Positions 19,077 through 27,155 of a stretch of DNA of 64,000 bases are shown here, piece after piece. Positions within the stretch are counted from its first letter, which is position 1, and the number at the start of each line of letters is the position of its first letter. The DNA is taken from the NCBI GenBank assembly GCA_016124455.1, contig WGNQ01000014.1, forward strand, positions 26,892 through 90,891, read 5' to 3'. The notes beneath the pieces were generated by a model, which saw nothing but the letters and a program-made list of their open reading frames with translations, was not told where the DNA came from and searched no databases. This DNA is from Sideroxydans sp. Lineage in GTDB: Bacteria; Pseudomonadota; Gammaproteobacteria; Burkholderiales; Gallionellaceae. The translations under genes and the position numbers were made by a program.

Positions 19077-20618
19077 TTAGCTGCCCAGCCCGAAAAAACG
19101 CCGGATGGTGGACAGGATTTCGCTGCGTTGCTGCGCCATGCCCCGCTGTGCGCTGGCCGCGTCGATTTCGTGGATCGCACTGTCCAGTTCGGCGCGGCGC
19201 GTCACCAGTATGCTCGACACTTCCTCGGCTATGGCCGGGCGGGCGCGCAGGACGTCCTCGAATGCATCCTTGTCCAGCCGGTAGCATTCGACATCGCTCC
19301 GTGCCACCACTGAAGCCGCGCGCGGCGCACCGGTCATCAGTCCCATCTCGCCGAAGAAACTGCCCTTGCCCAGGGTGCGGATGACGCGCCGCTCGCCCTC
19401 TGCCGTTTCCAGCATGATGTCGGCATCGCCATTGATGATGATGTACAGCCAGTGCGATTTCTTGTCGCCCTGCCGGGTAATGATATTGCCCTTGGCGAAC
19501 GGCGAATACCTCAGGCGCTCGGCCAGCACCCTCATCTCCTCGTCGGTCATCTGCGAGAACAGCTCGACCCGGCGCAGGGTTTTCATGCGCAGCTGAACTT
19601 CGCGCTGGTGCAGCACTTCTTCGTGCTTTTCGTTTTCCTTGGTGATGTGGATGCTGCGCTCTTCCATCGCCAGCTTGACGCCGACGCGCTGCAGCGCAGT
19701 CATGATGTGCCAGCGGATCGCGCCATCGGTCGGGTCGTCGATCATCAGGTCGGTCAGCCAGTAGCGCAGCGCATAACGGGCATAGCCCTTGTTGTCCATG
19801 TCCATCAGCACGCAATTCGGCATCGGTGTTTTCGCCACGTTGGTGATATCGGTCTGCCGAATCGACTCTTCCACCACGCTGATCACCTTGGACGGCGAAG
19901 TGTCCAGGCCAACGTTGAACCATACCCAGCGCCGCCATTGCACCGGCTGGTCGGTGCGCCGCCCCAGTACCAGGAACTTGTTCTTCATCAGCTGGCTGTT
20001 GGGGAACACCACGGTTTCCCAGTTGCGCGTTTCCACCAGCGTGGAGCGCCAGCGGATATCCACCACCTTGCCGGCGATGTCGTCCACCTTGATCCAGTCG
20101 CCGATCTGGATCGAATTGTCGAGCTGCAGCGCCAGGCCGCCGAGGATGTTGCCCAGCGTATCCTGCATGGAAAACGCGACCACTGCGGTAATCATTGCGG
20201 AAGTCGCCACGATGCCGCTCAGGTCCAGCCCCGCATAGCGCAGCCGTACCAGGCCCCAGGCAACGTAGGCGATGATGACGAAGATGTCCTCGGTGATGCG
20301 CGGTGGCGACAGCTTGACCGCCGGCAGCACGATGCGGAATATCAGCAGCCCCCACAGCCGGATCAGCGCAATGCCGGCACCGATGACAAAGGTTTCATGC
20401 AGCACTTCCGCGGCGCGGGTGAACGCCAGGCCATACAGCATTGCGCTGAGAAACTGGCCGCCCAGGCAGGCCAGGAAAAAACCCAGCGTGTTCAGCAGCG
20501 ATGCGCGCTCTTCCCGGTGGAAGTGGAACAGCAATGCGGCCAGCCCCAGTGCCATGAGCAGCACCAGCGATGACTCCTCACGCCAGAAAAAATGAATGAC
20601 TGTATTCCAGAAAGGCAT
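19077..20618 (-). CDS. MscS-family channel fused to a C-terminal cyclic-nucleotide-binding domain (bCNG-type)
   Basis: 513 aa. N-terminal TM helices, MscS pore/beta-domain region (GNILGGLALQLDNSIQIGDWIKV), then a cNMP-binding beta-roll (FFGEMGLMTGAPRAASVVA). Confidence 0.8.
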   Translation of the reverse strand: MPFWNTVIHFFWREESSLVLLMALGLAALLFHFHREERASLLNTLGFFLACLGGQFLSAMLYGLAFTRAAEVLHETFVIGAGIALIRLWGLLIFRIVLPAVKLSPPRITEDIFVIIAYVAWGLVRLRYAGLDLSGIVATSAMITAVVAFSMQDTLGNILGGLALQLDNSIQIGDWIKVDDIAGKVVDIRWRSTLVETRNWETVVFPNSQLMKNKFLVLGRRTDQPVQWRRWVWFNVGLDTSPSKVISVVEESIRQTDITNVAKTPMPNCVLMDMDNKGYARYALRYWLTDLMIDDPTDGAIRWHIMTALQRVGVKLAMEERSIHITKENEKHEEVLHQREVQLRMKTLRRVELFSQMTDEEMRVLAERLRYSPFAKGNIITRQGDKKSHWLYIIINGDADIMLETAEGERRVIRTLGKGSFFGEMGLMTGAPRAASVVARSDVECYRLDKDAFEDVLRARPAIAEEVSSILVTRRAELDSAIHEIDAASAQRGMAQQRSEILSTIRRFFGLGS

Positions 20619-20651
20619 CGTCAGGATCTTTGCCGTAATGACCGTGCCATT

Positions 20652-21668
20652 CTACACCAGCGAATAGCTGTCCAGACGCCGCACCCGGCGCCATAGTTTC
20701 CAGGATGCAAGACGCGTCAGCACGAAACGCCGGGCAGCATTTTCCTGCGGCACATCCAGCGTGATTTTCTCGATCCGCCCATCGTGCAGCGCCTGCAGCA
20801 ACGGGTAGGTGCACCGTTGCTCGAACTGTTGCAGGGAATCGCGCCATCTGCCGAGGTCGCCATATTGCAAGGCGCTACGCAGCCCATCCCATACAATGAG
20901 CGTCTCCCCCCTGCTGCCGGCAGTCCACTGCATGCCAGCATCAGGCAAGGCGGCCTGGTCGATTCCCGCCGCTGCCGCAAATGCCGCTGCCAGCGGGCTA
21001 TCCGTATATACCCGGCCACAGGGCTGCCGCAATGTTGCGCCTGCGTAGCCGCCCCCCCATAGCCACACGCTGTTTACTTCCCACTCGCCCCGCACTTCGC
21101 GCGCCAGGTTCACCGGATGCTCGAACAGCAGCATCTGGATTTCGTTGAGTACGCCATGCCAGCGCAACGCCTCGACGCCTTGCGGCATATGGGCATGGAC
21201 ATCCTTGCCCGCCACCTGTGCCAGCGAGTAGCTGCTGATCTGCGGTGCGCGCTCCAGCCTCAGATACCAGCGCTGCGGCTGTGGCGCGATGAAATGCAGG
21301 CCGTCGGCGGCGAAATGCCCGTTCAGGGCAGCGCACAATTGCGCCGCCTCGTCTGCCGCCACCGGTGCAACCGGCTGCAGGACCAACTGGTCGCGATGGA
21401 TGCGCAAATACACCGGGTCGGCGCGCAGCCAGTAGAAAGGCCCCGGCTCCATCCCGTCCACGTGCAGCGTAATCGGCGCGATAGCCTCCCCCGCCACACC
21501 GAACGCTTCGCACAGCCATGACTCCAGCGTTCCTGCCGACAGCGCTGCCGCCTGTCCGCGCGCCAGGATTTTTTCCAGCGCCGGCAGGTGCAGCCCGGCG
21601 CACACCTCTGCGGCAAGCGCCCTGGGCAGGAACAAATCGGGAACAACGAGGTGGACATGTGCATTCAT
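20652..21668 (-). CDS. Conserved hypothetical protein (no domain I can name with confidence)
   Basis: 338-aa ORF whose GC matches the host. It fills the gap between the channel gene and the lolC divergent promoter. No TM helix or signal peptide is evident. Confidence 0.6.
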   Translation of the reverse strand: MNAHVHLVVPDLFLPRALAAEVCAGLHLPALEKILARGQAAALSAGTLESWLCEAFGVAGEAIAPITLHVDGMEPGPFYWLRADPVYLRIHRDQLVLQPVAPVAADEAAQLCAALNGHFAADGLHFIAPQPQRWYLRLERAPQISSYSLAQVAGKDVHAHMPQGVEALRWHGVLNEIQMLLFEHPVNLAREVRGEWEVNSVWLWGGGYAGATLRQPCGRVYTDSPLAAAFAAAAGIDQAALPDAGMQWTAGSRGETLIVWDGLRSALQYGDLGRWRDSLQQFEQRCTYPLLQALHDGRIEKITLDVPQENAARRFVLTRLASWKLWRRVRRLDSYSLV

Positions 21669-21753
21669 CGCGGCATTTTATCACTGTGCCCGTGTCATCC
21701 ATGCTGCGCTTATGGCAAACTAGCGGCTTAATTCACATGACGCCGATTTAACC

Positions 21754-22998
21754 TTGCGCCCATACGAACTGCTCATCGGTCTGCGCTACACCCGTGCAAA
21801 ACGGCGCAACCACTTCATCTCCTTCATCTCGCTGATTTCGATGCTGGGCATCGCACTGGGCGTGGCCGCGCTGATCATCGTGCTGTCGGTGATGAACGGT
21901 TTCCAGAAAGAGATCCGCGCACGCATCCTCGGCATCACCCCGCACCTGCAGGTCAGCAGCGACACCGGTCGCATGCTCGACTGGCAGGCGGTACTGGACA
22001 CCGTTGCACACCAGCCCGAAGTCAGCGCTGCGGCGCCGTACGTCGATGGCCAGGGCATGCTGTCGATGAATGCAAGCGTGCAGGGTGTGATGGTGCGCGG
22101 CATCTCGCCCGAAGCCGAGAATCGCCTGACCGGCCTCGACGGAAAAATGAAGCTTGGCAGCCTGTCCGCACTGCGCCCCGGGGAGTTCGGCATCGTGCTC
22201 GGTTCCGACCTGGCGCGCGCATTGGGCGCACAACTCGGCGAAAAGGTGCTGCTGATCACGCCGCAGGGACAGATTACGCCTACCGGCATGCTGCCGCGCC
22301 TGAAACAGTTCCGCGTAGTCGGCATTTTCGAAATCGGCATGTCGCCCTATGACAATGCGCTGGCGCTGATCAACCTGACCGATGCACAGAAGCTGTACCG
22401 CATGGGCAACGCAGTCAGCGGCATCAGCGCGCGCCTGCATGACCTCGACCGCGCACCGCAGGTCGCCGTGGCACTCGGGCGGCTGTTGCCGCGCGACCTC
22501 TATGCCACCGACTGGACACGGCAGAACGCCAACTATTTCCGCGCGGTGCAGATGGAAAAGAGAATGATGTTCATCATCCTCTCGCTGATCGTCGCGGTCG
22601 CGGCATTCAATATCGTCTCGACGCTGGTGATGGCGGTCACCGACAAGCAGGCCGATATCGCCATCCTGCGCACGCTGGGTGCCTCGCCGCGCAGCATCAT
22701 GAAAATTTTCATGGTGCAGGGCGTGGTGATCGGCCTGATCGGCATGCTGCTCGGCGTGGTCGGCGGCGTGATCATCGCTGTCAATATCGGCAGCATCGTC
22801 CCGTTCATCGAACACCTGTTCGGCGTGCAATTCCTGTCCAAGGATGTGTACTACATCAACGAACTGCCGTCCGACCTGCACCACACCGATGTCATCACCG
22901 TGGCCGGCTTCTCGTTCCTGATCAGCCTGCTCGCCACGCTCTACCCAAGCTGGCGGGCGGCGCAAACGCAACCGGCGGAGGCACTGCGCTATGAGTGA
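21754..22998 (+). CDS. lolC: Lipoprotein-releasing ABC transporter permease (LolC/LolE family; only one copy at this locus)
   Basis: 414 aa. TTG start giving [26 protein letters not shown], MacB-like periplasmic domain and FtsX-type C-terminal TM bundle. The stop overlaps the lolD start. Confidence 0.88.
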   Translation: MRPYELLIGLRYTRAKRRNHFISFISLISMLGIALGVAALIIVLSVMNGFQKEIRARILGITPHLQVSSDTGRMLDWQAVLDTVAHQPEVSAAAPYVDGQGMLSMNASVQGVMVRGISPEAENRLTGLDGKMKLGSLSALRPGEFGIVLGSDLARALGAQLGEKVLLITPQGQITPTGMLPRLKQFRVVGIFEIGMSPYDNALALINLTDAQKLYRMGNAVSGISARLHDLDRAPQVAVALGRLLPRDLYATDWTRQNANYFRAVQMEKRMMFIILSLIVAVAAFNIVSTLVMAVTDKQADIAILRTLGASPRSIMKIFMVQGVVIGLIGMLLGVVGGVIIAVNIGSIVPFIEHLFGVQFLSKDVYYINELPSDLHHTDVITVAGFSFLISLLATLYPSWRAAQTQPAEALRYE

Positions 22999-23671
22999 AA
23001 GTCCCGTCATTTCCTGCCGCGGGCTGCAGAAGACCTATGCGCAGGGCACGCTCAACGTGCCGGTACTCAACGGCATCGACCTCGATGTGGCACGCGGTGA
23101 ACGTATCGCCATCGTCGGCGCCTCGGGCTCCGGCAAAAGCACCCTGCTGCACCTGCTCGGCGGACTGGATAACGCCAGCGCCGGCAGCGTGCAGGTACTG
23201 GGACAGGACATCCAGACCATGAGTGAAACGCAGCGCGGCAAGCTGCGCAACAAATCACTGGGCTTCGTTTACCAGTTCCATCACCTGCTGCCCGAGTTCA
23301 GCGCGCTGGAAAATGTCGCCATGCCGCTGCTGATCCGCGGCATGAAACGTGAGGCAGCACATCCCAGGGCCTTTGCCGTGCTGCAACAGGTCGGCCTGGA
23401 GAGTCGTGTCGAACACCTGCCGGCGGAACTCTCCGGCGGCGAGCGCCAGCGCGTCGCCGTGGCGCGCGCGCTGGTCACCGAGCCCGCCTGCGTGATGGCT
23501 GACGAACCCACCGGCAATCTCGATCGCGCCAGCGCCCATGCGCTGTTCGAGCTGATGCAGGAACTCAATGCCCGCCTCAACACCAGCTTCATCATCGTCA
23601 CCCACGATCACGATCTGGCCCAGCGCATGCAACGGCAATTGACGCTGGTCGATGGCCTGCTGAGCGCCTGA
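22991..23671 (+). CDS. lolD: Lipoprotein-releasing system ATP-binding protein
   Basis: Walker [10 protein letters not shown], signature [15 protein letters not shown] and Walker [12 protein letters not shown]. Confidence 0.9.
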   Translation: MSESPVISCRGLQKTYAQGTLNVPVLNGIDLDVARGERIAIVGASGSGKSTLLHLLGGLDNASAGSVQVLGQDIQTMSETQRGKLRNKSLGFVYQFHHLLPEFSALENVAMPLLIRGMKREAAHPRAFAVLQQVGLESRVEHLPAELSGGERQRVAVARALVTEPACVMADEPTGNLDRASAHALFELMQELNARLNTSFIIVTHDHDLAQRMQRQLTLVDGLLSA

Positions 23672-23689
23672 CCGGAAACTGCGAGCCGC

Positions 23690-24229
23690 TCAGCGCTTGT
23701 CTGCAAACAACTTGCGGAATTTCGCCAGCTTGGGCGCAATCACGAACTGGCAGTAACCCTGGCCCGGATGGCGTGCGTAGTAGTGCTGGTGATATTCCTC
23801 TGCCGGATAAAATACCGGCGCCGACACGACTTCGGTCACGATCGGTGCCGGCCAGGCATGCCTGTCGTCGAGCGCTGCGATCATCACCCCGGCCTCGGCC
23901 AGCTGTTGCTCACCATGGCAGAAAATCGCCGAACGATATTGCGTCCCGACGTCGTTTCCCTGGCGGTTAAGCGTGGTCGGGTCATGGATACTGAAGAATA
24001 CCTCCAGCAATTGCCCGAAACTGACGGTTCGCTCATCGAATGTTATCTGCACCGCCTCGGCATGCCCGCTCTGTCCGCTGCACACCGTTTCGTAGTCCGG
24101 ATTTGCCTGCGCACCGCCGATGTAGCCTGACACCACGCGCTCGACCCCCGGCACCTGCTCGAATACCGCCTCCAAGCACCAGAAACAGCCGCCCGCCAGT
24201 GTCGCAACCTGCAATTCATCCGGCATCAT
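23690..24229 (-). CDS. msrA: Peptide-methionine (S)-S-oxide reductase
   Basis: GGCFWCLEAVF catalytic motif, GHAEAVQITFD and YHQHYY. The start is set at the MMPDELQ methionines; the longer ORF-track version overlaps the upstream gene. Confidence 0.9.
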   Translation of the reverse strand: MMPDELQVATLAGGCFWCLEAVFEQVPGVERVVSGYIGGAQANPDYETVCSGQSGHAEAVQITFDERTVSFGQLLEVFFSIHDPTTLNRQGNDVGTQYRSAIFCHGEQQLAEAGVMIAALDDRHAWPAPIVTEVVSAPVFYPAEEYHQHYYARHPGQGYCQFVIAPKLAKFRKLFADKR

Positions 24230-24773
24230 TGACCCTCCTGCGTTTTGCTCCGCGTCGCCGCCACTCCCATACCACCACGCCGCGCCACAGCACGCGAACC
24301 ACGACATACCCGACCAGCGCAAGGGTCAGCGCAAGCAGCGGCAGGCCCACCGCAAACGGCTTGCCCAGCGAGATGAACCATTGCGGCAGCACCGCGAGCC
24401 AGTTGCTCCAGTCCATCTCCGGCAGCACCAGCCGGGCAGGTGTTACGCCATTGTGGTGGCCGATAACCAGTGCACCGTATTCGTAGGCCACCACATACAG
24501 CGGCAGGATGGTGAAGGGATTGGTATACAGCGTGGTAAACAGCGCCACCGGCAGGTTGACGCGGAACAGCACCGCCAGTATCGCCGCACTGATCATTTGC
24601 AGCGGCCCGGGTATCAGCCCGGTAAACAGCCCGATGGACACCCCCCCCGCTACCGAGCGGCGGTGCAAATGCCACAGGTTGGGATGGTGCAGCCAGCTGC
24701 CGAAAGGACGGGCCCACCGGCTTTGCCTGATGGACTCATGGCTGGGCAGATGTTTGCGGAATAGTTTACGCAT
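24216..24773 (-). CDS. DUF2062 domain membrane protein
   Basis: 185 aa. RSVAGGVSIGLFTGLIPGPLQMISAAILAVLFRVNLP matches my memory of DUF2062. Divergent from comEC, which is a common arrangement. Confidence 0.65.
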   Translation of the reverse strand: MRKLFRKHLPSHESIRQSRWARPFGSWLHHPNLWHLHRRSVAGGVSIGLFTGLIPGPLQMISAAILAVLFRVNLPVALFTTLYTNPFTILPLYVVAYEYGALVIGHHNGVTPARLVLPEMDWSNWLAVLPQWFISLGKPFAVGLPLLALTLALVGYVVVRVLWRGVVVWEWRRRGAKRRRVNDAG

Positions 24774-24809
24774 GGCGCCATTCTAATTCATTGCGGTACG
24801 CTACGCCCC

Positions 24810-27155
24810 ATGGCTGGTTTCGCTATTTTCTTCGCGCTCGGCATCTGGCTGCTGCAACAGCAGGCACAGCTGCCCAGCCTTGCCTGGGCCTGGCTGCTCT
24901 TGCCGCTGGCGTTGCTGCCATGGTTGCTGCGGCGTGATAGCCCTGGGCAACGCGTCGCCCGTCATGGCCTGATCCTGGCCCTCGCCTTCGGACTGGGATT
25001 CGGCTACGCCGCCTTCGTCGCCCGGCAGCACCTGGCCGAGCAATTGCCCGCGGCCTGGCAGGGCAAAAACATCGAAATCATCGGCGTGGTAGCCGAATTG
25101 CCGCGCCAGCACGAACGCGGCTTGAGCTTCGGGTTCGACGTGGAAAAAACACGCACACCCGGCGTCGAGGTGCCGCCCCATATCCTGCTCGCCACCTACA
25201 GCGACAAATCCGGCGACACGCTGCCGCTGCACGCCGGCGAGCGCTGGCAATTCACGGTGCGCCTGAAACAGCCGCACGGCACGGCCAACCCGCATACCTT
25301 CGATTTTGAGGCCTGGATGCTTGAACGCGACCTGCGCGCCAGCGGCTATGTGCGCAGCGATGGCGACAACCGGCGACTGGACGGACTGGTTGCCACGCCT
25401 CGCTACCTGATCGAGCATTTGCGCGAAGCAGTGCGTGCGCGCTTCCAGCGGATATTGGGCAATGCGCCTTATACGGGCGTCCTGAGCGCGCTTGCCGTCG
25501 GCGACCAGAGCAGCATCCCGCAAGCGCAGTGGCAGGTATTCACGCGTACCGGCGTCAATCACCTGATGAGCATTTCCGGCCTGCATATCACCATGCTCGG
25601 CTCGCTCGCCTTCTTTATCGCCTACCAGCTGTGGCGACGCAGCACGCGCCTCACATTACGGCTGCCGGCACGCAAGGCGGCCGCCATCGCCGGCTTGCTG
25701 GTGGCACTGGCGTATGCGCTGTTGTCGGGTTTCTCGGTACCGGCACAGCGCACGGTATACATGCTGGCCACCGTTGCGCTGGCCCTGCTGTCCTCACGCA
25801 ATATTGCGCCGTCGCAACTGCTCGCCGCCGCACTGACCGTGGTGCTGCTGGCCGACCCATGGGCGGTGATGGCACCGGGTTTCTGGCTGTCGTTCGGTGC
25901 GGTAGCGCTGATTCTGTATGTCACCGCCAACCGCATCGGCAAAACGCACTGGCTGCTCGAATACGGCAAGGTGCAATGGGCAATGACCATCGGGCTGGTC
26001 CCGCCGCTGCTGGCCATGTTCCAGCAGGTATCGCTGGTATCGCCGCTCGCCAACGCCTTCGCCATTCCCCTGGTCAGCTTCATCGTGGTGCCACTGACCC
26101 TGCTCGGCGCATTGCTGCCGTTCGACTGGCTGTTGCAGCTTGCCCATCTCGCCATGAACGGCTGCATGCAGGTACTGGAATGGCTGAACCAGCTGCCGGA
26201 AGCGGTATGGCGCCAGCACGCGCCGCCTGCCTGGAGTATTGCGCTGGGCATGTTCGGCGTGCTCTGGTGCCTGCTGCCGCGCGGCTTTCCCGCGCGCTGG
26301 CTGGGTCTGCTGTTGCTGCTGCCGATGTTTCTGGTGCTGCCTGCGGCTCCCGGGCCCGGCGCGCTGTGGCTGACCGTCTTCGATGTCGGACAAGGCCTGT
26401 CCGTCGCAGCGCAAACTGGCACGCATGTGCTGTTGTACGACACCGGGCCCGACTTCCCCGGCGATGCCGACAGCGGCAACCGTATCGTGGTACCCGCCCT
26501 GCACGCCCGGGGCATTGCGCAACTCGACGGCCTGATGCTGACGCATGACGATGCCGACCATATCGGCGGCGCCTATTCGGTGCTGCAGGCAATGCCGACC
26601 GGCTGGATTTCTTCCTCGCTGCCCGCCCGGCATCCGCTGCTGCAAAACATGCACAACACGCAGCATTGCATCGCCGGCCAGCACTGGGAATGGGATGGCG
26701 TGCAGTTCGAGGTGCTGCACCCGTCACGGGAAAGTTATGCTATAGGGAAAATTCGCGACAACGAACGCGGTTGCGTGCTGCGCATCAGCACCGGCGTCAA
26801 CAGCGTACTGCTCGCCGCCGATATCGAAAAAGGTTCGGAACAGCAGTTGCTCAGGGACTACGCCGGCAAGCTGCCCGCCACACTATTGGTCGTGCCGCAT
26901 CACGGCAGCAAAACCTCGTCCACGCCCGCTTTCGTGGCAGCGGTACATCCGCGCTATGCGGTGTTTACCAGCGGCTACCGCAACCGTTTCGGCCACCCGA
27001 ATCCGGAAGTGGTCGCGCGTTACCGGCAGATTGGCAGCGAATTGCTGCGCTCGGATGACGACGGGGCGATCCAGGTGGAGATGGACGGCAGTAATTTCAG
27101 GCTGGAACGCTTTCGTGCCCTGCACCGGCGCTACTGGTATCCGCAGGCTGAATAG
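24810..27155 (+). CDS. comEC: DNA internalization-related competence protein ComEC/Rec2
   Basis: 781 aa. N-terminal DUF4131-like region, polytopic competence domain (GVNHLMSISGLHITMLG), and a C-terminal metallo-beta-lactamase domain (THDDADHIGG, VVPHHGS). Confidence 0.88.
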   Translation: MAGFAIFFALGIWLLQQQAQLPSLAWAWLLLPLALLPWLLRRDSPGQRVARHGLILALAFGLGFGYAAFVARQHLAEQLPAAWQGKNIEIIGVVAELPRQHERGLSFGFDVEKTRTPGVEVPPHILLATYSDKSGDTLPLHAGERWQFTVRLKQPHGTANPHTFDFEAWMLERDLRASGYVRSDGDNRRLDGLVATPRYLIEHLREAVRARFQRILGNAPYTGVLSALAVGDQSSIPQAQWQVFTRTGVNHLMSISGLHITMLGSLAFFIAYQLWRRSTRLTLRLPARKAAAIAGLLVALAYALLSGFSVPAQRTVYMLATVALALLSSRNIAPSQLLAAALTVVLLADPWAVMAPGFWLSFGAVALILYVTANRIGKTHWLLEYGKVQWAMTIGLVPPLLAMFQQVSLVSPLANAFAIPLVSFIVVPLTLLGALLPFDWLLQLAHLAMNGCMQVLEWLNQLPEAVWRQHAPPAWSIALGMFGVLWCLLPRGFPARWLGLLLLLPMFLVLPAAPGPGALWLTVFDVGQGLSVAAQTGTHVLLYDTGPDFPGDADSGNRIVVPALHARGIAQLDGLMLTHDDADHIGGAYSVLQAMPTGWISSSLPARHPLLQNMHNTQHCIAGQHWEWDGVQFEVLHPSRESYAIGKIRDNERGCVLRISTGVNSVLLAADIEKGSEQQLLRDYAGKLPATLLVVPHHGSKTSSTPAFVAAVHPRYAVFTSGYRNRFGHPNPEVVARYRQIGSELLRSDDDGAIQVEMDGSNFRLERFRALHRRYWYPQAE

